Assembly (NCBI GenBank): GCA_963733295.1
Contig: CAVTCS010000003.1
Location: 2,368,001-2,432,000, forward strand
Direction of reading: 5' to 3'
From: Vulcanimicrobiota bacterium
GTDB taxonomy: Bacteria > Vulcanimicrobiota > Vulcanimicrobiia > Vulcanimicrobiales > Vulcanimicrobiaceae
DNA: 64,000 nt
The position numbers were made by a program, and so were the translations under genes. Numbering within the stretch: the first letter of the stretch is position 1; every line of letters begins with the position of its first letter. The notes beneath the pieces are model-generated. The model did no database searches, was not told the origin of the DNA, and saw only the letters and a program-made list of their open reading frames with translations. Of this stretch, positions 31,759 to 40,559 are shown piece after piece.

Positions 31759-32561
31759 TCGCCAGCCTCTTCGCCGTGTTCGCGCTCGGCCTGCGCCACG
31801 GAGCCGACCCCGACCACATCGCTGCGATCGACAACCTTACGCGCAACTCGTTCGAGAAACGCCCGTTTTTCAGCCGCTTCGTCGGGACGCTGTTCGCGGC
31901 CGGCCACACCGTGATGGTCCTCGCGATCGCCGCGCTGGTAGGTTTCCTCGGCACGCGGTTCGCCCCGCACCACGAGCTGATCGAGACGATCGGTACCTGG
32001 ATCAGCATCGTGGTTCTGATCCTCATCGCGGCGCTCAATCTACGTCAGTTGCAGGGCGAGGGCACGGGCCGCATGGCCGGCGTCAAGACGAGCTTGATGC
32101 CGCGCTCGCTGCGCGAGGGAACGAGCCCTTGGCTCGCGCTGCCGGTCGGGTTTCTCTTCGGCTTCGGCTTCGAAACGTCGAGCCAGATCGCGACCTACAC
32201 GCTCGCGTTCGGTGCAAACGGCGGCGTCGCCGGCGCGGTGCTCGTGGGAGCGATGTTCTGCTTCGGGATGATCTTGACCGACACGCTCGACAGCGTCCTC
32301 GTGCACCGTCTGGTCTCCGATCGATCGGGACTGCTCCCGTCGACGACGCGCGTGTGGATCTGGTCGGTGACGATCGTCGCGCTCGCGATCGCGGGCTACG
32401 AGCTCGTGACGCAAATTCTCGGCTGGAAATCGCCGATTCCCGACCTCGCCGTAAGCGGCATCATCGTCGCCGCGCTGCTCGCCGTGTTCGCCTACGTCTT
32501 CGTGAAGACGCGACGCACGCAAGACCTCCAGCCGGCAACCCAACCCGGTACGCTCTCGTAA
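31755..32561 (+). CDS. HoxN/HupN/NixA (NiCoT) family Ni/Co permease
   Basis: Motifs GLRHGADPDHIAAID, FAAGH and GFGFETSSQ. Confidence 0.88.
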   Translation: MIASLFAVFALGLRHGADPDHIAAIDNLTRNSFEKRPFFSRFVGTLFAAGHTVMVLAIAALVGFLGTRFAPHHELIETIGTWISIVVLILIAALNLRQLQGEGTGRMAGVKTSLMPRSLREGTSPWLALPVGFLFGFGFETSSQIATYTLAFGANGGVAGAVLVGAMFCFGMILTDTLDSVLVHRLVSDRSGLLPSTTRVWIWSVTIVALAIAGYELVTQILGWKSPIPDLAVSGIIVAALLAVFAYVFVKTRRTQDLQPATQPGTLS

Positions 32562-32574
32562 GGAGAACCTCTCA

Positions 32575-33411
32575 ATGCGACTAAGACGAATATCTGGTTC
32601 GCTTGCGGCGGTTGTCGCGCTCGCCGCCGCAGTCTTCCTCTACACCCTTCACCCGGCCAAGGGCTCGGATCATCAGGACACTTTTAACCTGGCGACGCGC
32701 TCGAACACTTCGGCCGACATCACCGACACGTACGCCTTTCCGTCGCCCGCCAATTCGTCGAACGTCGTGCTGGTCATGGATACGACGCCGCTCATCCTGC
32801 CGGGCGCAGGAGCAACGAAGTTCTTCGATCCATCGGTCGTCTGGCAGTTCAAGTTCGTCCACGGCGCCGTCGGAACGTTTAGCGGCGAGGATGAGGTCAT
32901 CCAACTCTCCGTTAGCGGAACCGGTGCGGATCAGACGATTACCTTGCACGGCCCGGGCATTCCGAATCAGGTCGGTACGACCAACACGCTGCTGCCGGCA
33001 ATGGGCTCGTTTAAATACAATCAGACGAGCGGCACGATGCTCAAGGACGGCATCATGGCGTTCGCGGGACCGCGAGCCGATCCGTTCTTCTTCGACCTGT
33101 TGCAGTTCTTCTCGTTCCTTGGCGATCGCAACTACCACAACCACACGAGCCAAAGCGACCCTGGAACGGGCGATACTCTGACGGGCACTCCGACGTTCAA
33201 CGGATTCGCGGCGGGAACAATGTCGGGGCCTGGGCCCGGCGCTTACGCCTGCAGTACCAATCCACCCCAAAACGCCCTGACGCAGTTGATGCCGCCGGGC
33301 TTCAACGTTCTTGCGTTCGTACTCGAGGTTCCGCGCTCGCTCTTGACGACGGGTTACTCGAGTTCGGTCGTTCACATGTGGGCCACCGCCAGCTCTAAGT
33401 CGGGAAGCTAG
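32575..33411 (+). CDS. Secreted DUF4331-family protein (N-terminal half type), copy 1
   Basis: Signal peptide, SDHQD, ADITDTYAF, FAGPRADPFFFDL, NVLAFVLEVP and WAT. AGGAG SD upstream. Confidence 0.8.
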   Translation: MRLRRISGSLAAVVALAAAVFLYTLHPAKGSDHQDTFNLATRSNTSADITDTYAFPSPANSSNVVLVMDTTPLILPGAGATKFFDPSVVWQFKFVHGAVGTFSGEDEVIQLSVSGTGADQTITLHGPGIPNQVGTTNTLLPAMGSFKYNQTSGTMLKDGIMAFAGPRADPFFFDLLQFFSFLGDRNYHNHTSQSDPGTGDTLTGTPTFNGFAAGTMSGPGPGAYACSTNPPQNALTQLMPPGFNVLAFVLEVPRSLLTTGYSSSVVHMWATASSKSGS

Positions 33412-33423
33412 GAGTCGATTACG

Positions 33424-34017
33424 ATGAAGAATCCGATCCTCAATGCGCTGGCACTTGGCGGCCTTGCGCTAAGCCTCTCGGCCTGCAACGGCACGTCCTC
33501 TTCGAACCAGCCGGTCATGCACGCGAGCTACATCCAATTCGAGCGGTTCGGGCGGCCGGCGGTCAAAGAACTGTTCGAGACCTACGTCAACCATCAAGTC
33601 ACGAACGGCGTCCAGCCGTACAACGATCCGACCCTGCAAGGCTCGATCGTTGCGTTTACCAACACGTTCCGAGCGTCGTCGTATGGTGCGGCGCTCGGCG
33701 GCGCAGCGGGGGGCACGGCCGGCGTGCTCTATCCCGACGAGCTCGCGTTCGACCTCTCGCAAACGACGCCCGCCTCGTACCTCGGTATCGAGACCGGCGG
33801 CGCAACCAGCCCCGTTGGCAGCAAGTTCGGCGGCCGGGCTCTCTCGGATGACATCATCGACATCTCGCTCGGTGCAGTCTTCGGGAACACGCTCTCGGCC
33901 CTCGGCGTCGTCGCGGACGACGGCAAAGAGAACAATTGCCTGAGCGCAGAGAACGTCGCGCAGTCATCGAGTCAAGCGCCGAGCGCTACCTTTCCGTACC
34001 TCGCAAGCCCCCACTAA
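33424..34017 (+). CDS. DUF4331-family lipoprotein (C-terminal half type), copy 1
   Basis: LSAC lipobox, QFERFGRPAV, GGRALSDDIID and FPYLASPH. Confidence 0.78.
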   Translation: MKNPILNALALGGLALSLSACNGTSSSNQPVMHASYIQFERFGRPAVKELFETYVNHQVTNGVQPYNDPTLQGSIVAFTNTFRASSYGAALGGAAGGTAGVLYPDELAFDLSQTTPASYLGIETGGATSPVGSKFGGRALSDDIIDISLGAVFGNTLSALGVVADDGKENNCLSAENVAQSSSQAPSATFPYLASPH

Positions 34018-34020
34018 GCG

Positions 34021-35352
34021 TTGGCTTTTCGTCTGGGGGCGCTCGGAATAACAATCCCCGCGGTAATCGCACTCGTTGCGATTGCCGCGTGGCCGTTTTT
34101 CGTGACGCGCAGCGCCGACGAGGCGCAAGCCTCGGCTTTGCCGACGATGGCTCCGGTCGTCGCGGACTACGCTCGGCGCGATTGGGAAATCCACGCCTGG
34201 GAGGGCGCGGCCGCGCTGCACCATCGCGGCGACATGCTAACTCCGGCTAGGCTAGCCGGCGAATATTTGCAGCGCTATCGCGAACGCGGGGACATCGGCG
34301 ACGTGCTGCGCGCGGAGCACGCCGCGAAAGCATCGTTACGGGTCGATGCACGTTACCTGCCCGGAATCATGGCGCTTTCGGCCGCGTATCTTACGCTCCA
34401 CCGTTTTTATTCGGCGCTCGAAACGCTCGCCAGGGCGGAGCGCATCGATTCGGGAGATCTCGCGCTCGAGGTCCAGGAAGCCGGCCTCGATTTGGAAGTT
34501 GGCCGCTACGCACGAGCGGAGCGCTTGCTCGACAAACACTCTTCCGGTAAGACCGAAGACATCGCTGCGGAGACCGTTCGCTCGCGCTATCTGGAGGAGA
34601 CGGGTCATCTCCGGGAGGCGCGCGCGTTGCTTCATCGTGCGAGCGCCTTGCAGAACAGTGCCTTCGACGCGCCGGCACAGACGCGCGCGTGGTTTTTTCT
34701 GCGTGAAGGCGAGATGGCGTTCGAAGCCGGCGACAACGACGCGGCGCTCGCCGACGAACGCGAAGCGCTCGCCGTCTTTCCTCTCTACGCCGACGCGGGT
34801 CGCGATCTCGCACGTTTCGAGTGCGCGCTGCACGAATGGAAAGGCTGTCTCACCGACGCGACGCGCTCGGCCGGCCTCGTGCCCTACCCTGAAACGCTCG
34901 GCTATGAGGCCGACGCCCAGCGCGCGCTCGGCGACGCGGCGGGCGCCGCGCAAACGGAAGATCTCATTCGGACCGTCGAACGCATCGGCAACGCCCAACA
35001 CATCTCCGACCGCCTGCTCGCGGTCTACTACTCGGAGCACGGCGTCGAATTCGACGACGCCTATCGCATCGCCAAGAACGAACGGCGCGCTCGCGACGAC
35101 ATTTATACGGAAGATACGCTCGCTTGGGCCGCCGCGATGGACGGCCGCTGGAACGAGGCCCGGGCCGCGGCCCGCAAGGCGCTCATCTTCGATACCGAGG
35201 ACGCTCGGCTTCAGTATCACGCCGCGGTCATAGCGCTGCACTTCGGCGATCGCCACGAGGCGCGGCGCCGCTTCGAACGCGCTCTCGCGCTAAATCCGCA
35301 CTTTCACCCCGTCTATGCCGAAAAGGCGCGTTCTCAGCTAGCGAGGCTTTGA
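34021..35352 (+). CDS. Membrane-anchored TPR-repeat protein
   Basis: N-terminal TM helix, Ala/Leu-rich helical repeats, DIYTEDTLAWA and ALALNPHF. Confidence 0.8.
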   Translation: MAFRLGALGITIPAVIALVAIAAWPFFVTRSADEAQASALPTMAPVVADYARRDWEIHAWEGAAALHHRGDMLTPARLAGEYLQRYRERGDIGDVLRAEHAAKASLRVDARYLPGIMALSAAYLTLHRFYSALETLARAERIDSGDLALEVQEAGLDLEVGRYARAERLLDKHSSGKTEDIAAETVRSRYLEETGHLREARALLHRASALQNSAFDAPAQTRAWFFLREGEMAFEAGDNDAALADEREALAVFPLYADAGRDLARFECALHEWKGCLTDATRSAGLVPYPETLGYEADAQRALGDAAGAAQTEDLIRTVERIGNAQHISDRLLAVYYSEHGVEFDDAYRIAKNERRARDDIYTEDTLAWAAAMDGRWNEARAAARKALIFDTEDARLQYHAAVIALHFGDRHEARRRFERALALNPHFHPVYAEKARSQLARL

Positions 35353-35380
35353 GCCGGGGTCGGGCGTATTCTCACGGGTC

Positions 35381-36157
35381 ATGAAAATCGCTCGTTTGCT
35401 CGTCGGCGGTTTCGCGGTTGTCGCCCTCGTAGCGGTCGTGCTGCTGTACGACCGGACGCCGGCCCGCAGCTTCGACATTCAGGATTCGCCCGCGACCGTC
35501 AACCTTCCAGCGGCAGATATCACCGACATCTACATGTTCCCGAGCCCAACGAATATCAACAACGTCGTCGTGGTGATGGACGTCTTTCCGCTCATCCCTT
35601 CCGGCCAGGGTCTCAAGACGTTCTTCTCGCAGAGCGTCCTCTATACGATGAAGTTCGACAACCGTTACGCGGCAGAAGCAGTCAATAACCGCCCGGTCGA
35701 AAACCTCGTGATTCAAGTCTCGGTCGGGCCGCCGACCAACGGCACGCAGCAAATCTTTGTCTACGGTCCCGCGGTCGCGGCCCGCACGGGAACGACGACG
35801 ACGCTCGTCAACGGCGGCACCTTCAGCGGCACCGGTTTCATCAACCGGCCGTTCTCCTCGTCGGGCGGTGTATCGGTGTTTGCGGGAGCCCGACAGGATC
35901 CGTTCTTTTTCGACCTGCAACAGTTCTACAACATCTACCCCAATCGCAACATGGGGAGCACCGCGTCGAGTTGTCTGCCCGCACCGGCCGGCAACGGGAC
36001 GTGTCCGCAGGGTTTCAACAACCCGGGCGTCGACGCGTTTGCGAACACGAACGTCCTCGCGATCGTCATCGAGGTGCCGCGATCGTTCTTGCAACTCGGC
36101 GCTAACGGTCCGATCGTCGCCTATTGGGCAACGACCAGCACCGAGTCGGGGAACTAG
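35381..36157 (+). CDS. Secreted DUF4331-family protein (N-terminal half type), copy 2
   Basis: ADITDIYMFPSP, FAGARQDPFFFDL, NVLAIVIEVPRS and WATT. Paralog of 32575-33411. Confidence 0.8.
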   Translation: MKIARLLVGGFAVVALVAVVLLYDRTPARSFDIQDSPATVNLPAADITDIYMFPSPTNINNVVVVMDVFPLIPSGQGLKTFFSQSVLYTMKFDNRYAAEAVNNRPVENLVIQVSVGPPTNGTQQIFVYGPAVAARTGTTTTLVNGGTFSGTGFINRPFSSSGGVSVFAGARQDPFFFDLQQFYNIYPNRNMGSTASSCLPAPAGNGTCPQGFNNPGVDAFANTNVLAIVIEVPRSFLQLGANGPIVAYWATTSTESGN

Positions 36158-36158
36158 G

Positions 36159-36827
36159 ATGAAGCCTCTTTTTTCAATCCTGCTCGCCGCCGCGCTCTCG
36201 CTCGGATTCTTCAGCAGCTGCAGCAACAATCCGACGCTTAGCGGGTCGAGCACGAACGGCTCGAACCTCGTTTTCCACCAGCTGGACATGGTCGGGAACG
36301 CCGGCACGAACGAGTACTTCTCGCCGTGGGCCAATCACGATGCGAACAATCGCGCGACGCCGGTAAATAGCACGATCAATGCGGACGTGATGACCTTCAT
36401 CACCGGAACAGCGGGGCGCAGTGCGGGTATTGCCAACTACGCGGCCACGAATCTCGTCATACCCGACGTGCTACTGGCCGACTTCTCGCAAAGTGGCGAC
36501 GCCAGTTATCTCGGCGTTCAATCGCAAGGAGTGATCAACGATAACTGCTTGGGAACGCGCATGGGATCGGGCAAGTTCGGGGGACGCAGTTTGCTCGACG
36601 ACGCCGTGACGACGACGCTGAGCATAGCCTACGGGAACGTCGTGCCGGTCGTTTCCGCCGCGAACGCGGCGATCGGCTATCCGAACGTCACCGCCACGGC
36701 GGTGCCCGACGACGGGAAAGAGCAGAACGGTACGGGCGGGACGCCCCAGCTCGCGACCGACAACGTCACCTGCGTCAACAAGCACCTCAATCTCGGGCAA
36801 TTCCCGTACTTGGGAGCGCCGATCTAG
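36159..36827 (+). CDS. DUF4331-family lipoprotein (C-terminal half type), copy 2
   Basis: ATG 36159, FSSC lipobox, ASYLG, KFGGRSLLDD, DDGKE and FPYLGAP. Paralog of 33424-34017. Confidence 0.75.
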   Translation: MKPLFSILLAAALSLGFFSSCSNNPTLSGSSTNGSNLVFHQLDMVGNAGTNEYFSPWANHDANNRATPVNSTINADVMTFITGTAGRSAGIANYAATNLVIPDVLLADFSQSGDASYLGVQSQGVINDNCLGTRMGSGKFGGRSLLDDAVTTTLSIAYGNVVPVVSAANAAIGYPNVTATAVPDDGKEQNGTGGTPQLATDNVTCVNKHLNLGQFPYLGAPI

Positions 36828-36859
36828 CGACGGAAGGGTACGGTCCGGCGGCACCGTAC

Positions 36860-36888
36860 TAGGCAAAGTTCGCCGCCGACGCTATACT
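36860..36888 (+). promoter_or_regulatory. Putative sigma70 promoter of tRNA-Ala
   Basis: TAGGCA-N17-TATACT, ending 13 nt upstream of the tRNA. Confidence 0.5.
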
Positions 36889-36901
36889 TGACGGCGCGCC
36901 T

Positions 36902-36977
36902 GGGGATGTAGCTCAGCTGGTAGAGCACTTGCTTCGCATGTAAGGGGTCAGCGGTTCGAGTCCGCTCATCTCCACCA
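36902..36977 (+). tRNA. tRNA-Ala (anticodon CGC)
   Basis: 76-nt cloverleaf with acceptor GGGGATG/CATCTCC (G3:U70), anticodon loop TTCGCAT, T-loop TTCGAGT and encoded CCA. Confidence 0.97.
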
Positions 36978-36984
36978 GCATCCG

Positions 36985-37020
36985 ACCCGCATCGCTTAGG
37001 GCTTTGCGGGTTTTCTTCTT
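36985..37020 (+). terminator. Probable intrinsic terminator after tRNA-Ala
   Basis: ACCCGCA/TGCGGGT stem followed by TTTCTTCTT. Confidence 0.55.
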
Positions 37021-37036
37021 TCCGGTGGCACTCGAT

Positions 37037-39733
37037 TCATCGAGTCAGAATCGCGGAATCGCGGCCGCGCTCGAGCCATTCCTTCGCCGACATATTCGCT
37101 TGGCTCCGAATGAGGTAGGCGATGAGTCCGGTCCACCCGGTCTGGTGGCTCGCGCCAAGCCCCGCGCCGTTGTCGCCGTGAAAGTACTCGTAGAACAGGA
37201 TATTGTCGCGCCAGTGCGGGTCATTCTGAAACTTATCCGTGCCTCCGAACACGGGGCGCTTGCCCTCGCTGTTTCGCAGAAAGATCGACGAAAGGCGGCT
37301 CTCTAGGTCCTGCGCCACCTCGAACAACGTTTTTTGTATGCCCGACCCGGTGGGGCACTCCACTTTGAAATCGTCGCCGTAGTAGCGGTAGAATTGCAGG
37401 AGCGCGCGGTAAAGAATGGCGTTCATCGGCATCCAAACCGGCCCACGCCAATTCGAATTTCCACCGAACATGCCGGTGTCCGATTCGGCCGGCAGGTATT
37501 GCACCCTATATTCTTGGCCGGCGACCTGCACCACATACGGATGATCGAGGTGGTAGCGCGATATCGAGCGTATGCCGTGCGGACTCCAAAACTCGCCTTC
37601 GTCGAGCAATCGAGATAGGAGCAAGCGCAGCTTTTTCTCATCGACGAGCGTGAGGATTCTGCTGCCGCCCCCGCCGGGTCGAGCGGCGTCGGGTAGGAGT
37701 TCGCGAATCTCGGGCTGATGCTGCATGCGCGCGCGAAAGCGCTCCAGCGCTTGCGGTACGCTCTCGAGAAAGGCCCGATCGAATACCATCACGGCCGCCA
37801 TGGGAAGCAGCCCCACGAGCGAGCGAACTTTCAGCCGGGCTCCGCGTCCGTCGGGCAAACGCAGCACGTCGTAGAAGAAACCGTCGCCGTCGTCCCACAT
37901 TGAATCCCTGTCTTCAGTCGTTCGCAAGACGGCAATTGCGATCCACATAAAGTGCTCGGCAAACTTGACGACCATGTCTTGGAAGGACGGATCCACTGAA
38001 GCCAACTCGGCTGCGATGTCGAGCATGCTGAGCGCAAAGAAGGCCATCCAAGCGGTACCGTCGGCCTGCTCGAGGGTGCCGCCGGTCGGTAGCGGCGCGC
38101 TGCGATCGAATATGCCGATATTATCGAGCCCGAGAAAACCGCCCCCGAAAACGTCTTTGCCCGAAGGGTCTTTGCGGTTCACCCACCAGGTGAAGTTCAG
38201 CAACAGTTTGTTGAACGACCGGGAAAGAAAACCCACGTCGCCCTTACCCCTGTTGGCCTTTTCCATGTCGTAGATCATCTTCACGGCGAAGGCATGCACC
38301 GGCGGATTGACGTCGCTGAAATTCCACTCGTACGCCGGCAGCTGTCCGTTTGGATGCGTATAGAGATCACTCAGGACGAGAGTGAGCTGGCTCTTCGCGA
38401 AATCGAGATCGACCAAAGCAAGCGGAAGCGTGTGGAACGCGAGATCCCAGGCTGCGTACCACGGATATTCCCATTTGTCGGGCATGGAGATCACGTCGTC
38501 GTTGATCATATGGTACCACTCGCGGTTTCGAGTGGTTCGACGGCCCTCGAGTCCCCGGATGCCGTCGGTGCCATGTTCGGAAAGCCATAAGTCGAGGTCG
38601 AAAAAGAAGAACTGTTTCGACCACAGCATCCCGGCCAGAGCTTGACGCGTGACCAGCGCTTGGTCGTCGCTCAGGCCCTTTGTGATCGCGGCATAGAAGT
38701 CGTCGGCTTCGGAAAGCCGTTGCGTGAAAATCTCGTCAAAGGTCTTGCCGAACGACTCGCCATTTGTATTAGCGTTACGATTGAGGCGTAAACGGATAAC
38801 TTTGCTCGCGCCCGGCGCCACTTCGAGGCCGTAGTCGGCGGCCACTTTCGTGCCCGTACCCGCTGGATTGACAGTCGGCTCGCCATGAACGACGTAGTCG
38901 TTGATACCGTCCTTCACGAACGGTTCCGCGTTCTCGCCATGAAACAGCCGCTCGTTGTTCGTTTCGTTCTCGGTGAAGAGCAGCGGGACGTCGGCGTCAC
39001 ACGAGAATCTGAACTGTCCTAAGCGTTCGTGCGTCGTAAGGACGGTGGCAGTCTCTGCATTGATTCTTCGGAGTTCGGGCTTGCCCATATGCGGCGGCCC
39101 GCGCCACGTGTTTCGAAACCAAAGCGTCGGCAGGACGCGTAGGTTCGCGGGAAGATCGCCGCGATTCACCGCGGTGATCTTAATCAGGATATCTTCCGGG
39201 CCGGCCTTCGCGTATTCAACAAATAGGTCAAAATAGCGATCCCCGTCGAAGGCGCCCGTGTCCAGCAACTCGTACTCAAAATCGGTTCGGCCCCGACGCT
39301 CGTTCGTCGCCTTCAGATCGGCGTAGGGGAATGCCGATTGGGGATATTTGTAGAGCATTTTCATATACGAATGAGTGGGCGTGCTGTCAAGGTAGAAGTA
39401 GTAGTCCTTGACGTCTTCGCCATGATTGCCCTCGGCGTTCGTCAATCCGAACATGCGCTCTTTGATAATTGGGTCGGCGCCGTTCCACAAAGCTACGCTA
39501 AAGCATAGAAACTGCTTGTCGTCAGAGAAGCCGGCGATGCCGTCTTCACCCCAGCGGTACGCTCGCGAGCGCGCCTGATCGTGGGAAAAATACGACCACG
39601 CGTTCCCGTCGTCGCTGTAGTCTTCGCGAACCGTGCCCCACTGACGCTCGCTAAGATATGGTCCCCACTTTTTCCATGGGATTTTCGCCAAACGAGCCTC
39701 TTCAAGTCTGTGATTTTCCGCCGTTATTGCCAT
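37037..39733 (-). CDS. MGH1-like (GH63-related) glycoside hydrolase / glucosidase
   Basis: Motifs WGPYLSERQWGTVREDYS, MPDKWEYPWYAAWDLAFH, NSNWRGPVW and GASHQTGWT. Confidence 0.9.
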   Translation of the reverse strand: MAITAENHRLEEARLAKIPWKKWGPYLSERQWGTVREDYSDDGNAWSYFSHDQARSRAYRWGEDGIAGFSDDKQFLCFSVALWNGADPIIKERMFGLTNAEGNHGEDVKDYYFYLDSTPTHSYMKMLYKYPQSAFPYADLKATNERRGRTDFEYELLDTGAFDGDRYFDLFVEYAKAGPEDILIKITAVNRGDLPANLRVLPTLWFRNTWRGPPHMGKPELRRINAETATVLTTHERLGQFRFSCDADVPLLFTENETNNERLFHGENAEPFVKDGINDYVVHGEPTVNPAGTGTKVAADYGLEVAPGASKVIRLRLNRNANTNGESFGKTFDEIFTQRLSEADDFYAAITKGLSDDQALVTRQALAGMLWSKQFFFFDLDLWLSEHGTDGIRGLEGRRTTRNREWYHMINDDVISMPDKWEYPWYAAWDLAFHTLPLALVDLDFAKSQLTLVLSDLYTHPNGQLPAYEWNFSDVNPPVHAFAVKMIYDMEKANRGKGDVGFLSRSFNKLLLNFTWWVNRKDPSGKDVFGGGFLGLDNIGIFDRSAPLPTGGTLEQADGTAWMAFFALSMLDIAAELASVDPSFQDMVVKFAEHFMWIAIAVLRTTEDRDSMWDDGDGFFYDVLRLPDGRGARLKVRSLVGLLPMAAVMVFDRAFLESVPQALERFRARMQHQPEIRELLPDAARPGGGGSRILTLVDEKKLRLLLSRLLDEGEFWSPHGIRSISRYHLDHPYVVQVAGQEYRVQYLPAESDTGMFGGNSNWRGPVWMPMNAILYRALLQFYRYYGDDFKVECPTGSGIQKTLFEVAQDLESRLSSIFLRNSEGKRPVFGGTDKFQNDPHWRDNILFYEYFHGDNGAGLGASHQTGWTGLIAYLIRSQANMSAKEWLERGRDSAILTR

Positions 39734-39776
39734 ATTGGAGCACTCCTCAGATCCGTGTCCTCATACTCCCTCACGG

Positions 39777-39810
39777 GGTTCGAGTCTCATCTTCACCATC
39801 ATCTGACTCG
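39777..39810 (+). repeat. Degenerate copy of the tRNA-Ala 3' end plus downstream flank (attR-like)
   Basis: GGTTCGAGT---CTCATCTTCACCATCATCTGACTCG versus GGTTCGAGTCCGCTCATCTCCACCAGCATCCGACCCG. Confidence 0.75.
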
Positions 39811-39858
39811 GGTGGGCGTGCGACAGACTCACTGCGCAACGAGCGGCGCCACGAGTTG

Positions 39859-40266
39859 CTACCACGCGTGCGTGAGGATGAGCGCCGCCGCGCCGATCGC
39901 AACGAGATCCTCGAGGATTCCCGACGGGATGGCGCCGATCGCTGCGATAGCTTTCGTGCGAAGCGCGAGGCCGCCGTAGGCGCCCGCGACGGCGCCCGCG
40001 ACACCGGCAACGGCCCCGATGGCGGATCCCGAAATCTGCCAGCCGCAAAAGCCGCCGCTTAGGATTCGCGCGCTAAGTCCGACCGCTCCCGTGCGAGCCG
40101 GAGTCTTCGGAAGAAGGTCGCCCGCGTACTCCACGATCGCGAGAATCGCGAGCACGACTGCCCAAACTCCGCCGTGGCGCACGATCCAAAGTACCGCGGG
40201 AGCCGTAAACGTCCGCAACCCTGCAACGACGCCGAGAAGAAATGCCGCGAGAATCAGCATAAGCAT
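39859..40266 (-). CDS. Small membrane protein (DUF4126-like)
   Basis: Motifs GVVAGLRTFTAPA, GDLLPKTPART and LEDLVA. Confidence 0.7.
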   Translation of the reverse strand: MLMLILAAFLLGVVAGLRTFTAPAVLWIVRHGGVWAVVLAILAIVEYAGDLLPKTPARTGAVGLSARILSGGFCGWQISGSAIGAVAGVAGAVAGAYGGLALRTKAIAAIGAIPSGILEDLVAIGAAALILTHAW

Positions 40267-40559
40267 GCGTACGTTTTTCCAAGTTGCTGGGCCTGTCCCC
40301 TCAACCGAACGACGTTCGTTCCGTTGCGAACAATGGATTCACGTGAGCCTTAGCTCTCCCGAGCCTGCAGCTCGAACGAGTGAGGTTTCGAAATAGCCCA
40401 ACGGGTGACGAAGCGACCGACCGCACCTCGTACGGCATTCCTGGCTTAGACGCGAGCGCTATTCCCGCCAGCAGTCGCCGCGGCAAATGGCTGTAACAAA
40501 CCTGGCTTCCATCGATATTGCGGTTAAGTACTCGCGTCACGAATGGGGAGCATCAACGC

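Larger units (their letters stand above)
36953..39810. mobile_element. Integrase-less islet at tRNA-Ala bounded by degenerate direct repeats (att-like)
   Basis: 36953-36989 and 39777-39810 match at 30/34 aligned positions with one 3-nt gap. The enclosed gene is visibly less GC-rich. Confidence 0.6.

Noticed and set aside
35757..36158. N-terminal extension of the 356-aa ORF suggesting a fusion
   Set aside because: It is an off-frame overlap with DUF4331 copy 2. The lipoprotein signal starts at 36159.
40301..40540. 79-aa ORF with GMPYEVRSV, faintly GST-like
   Set aside because: The similarity is limited to a few residues and cannot be supported as a gene or remnant.
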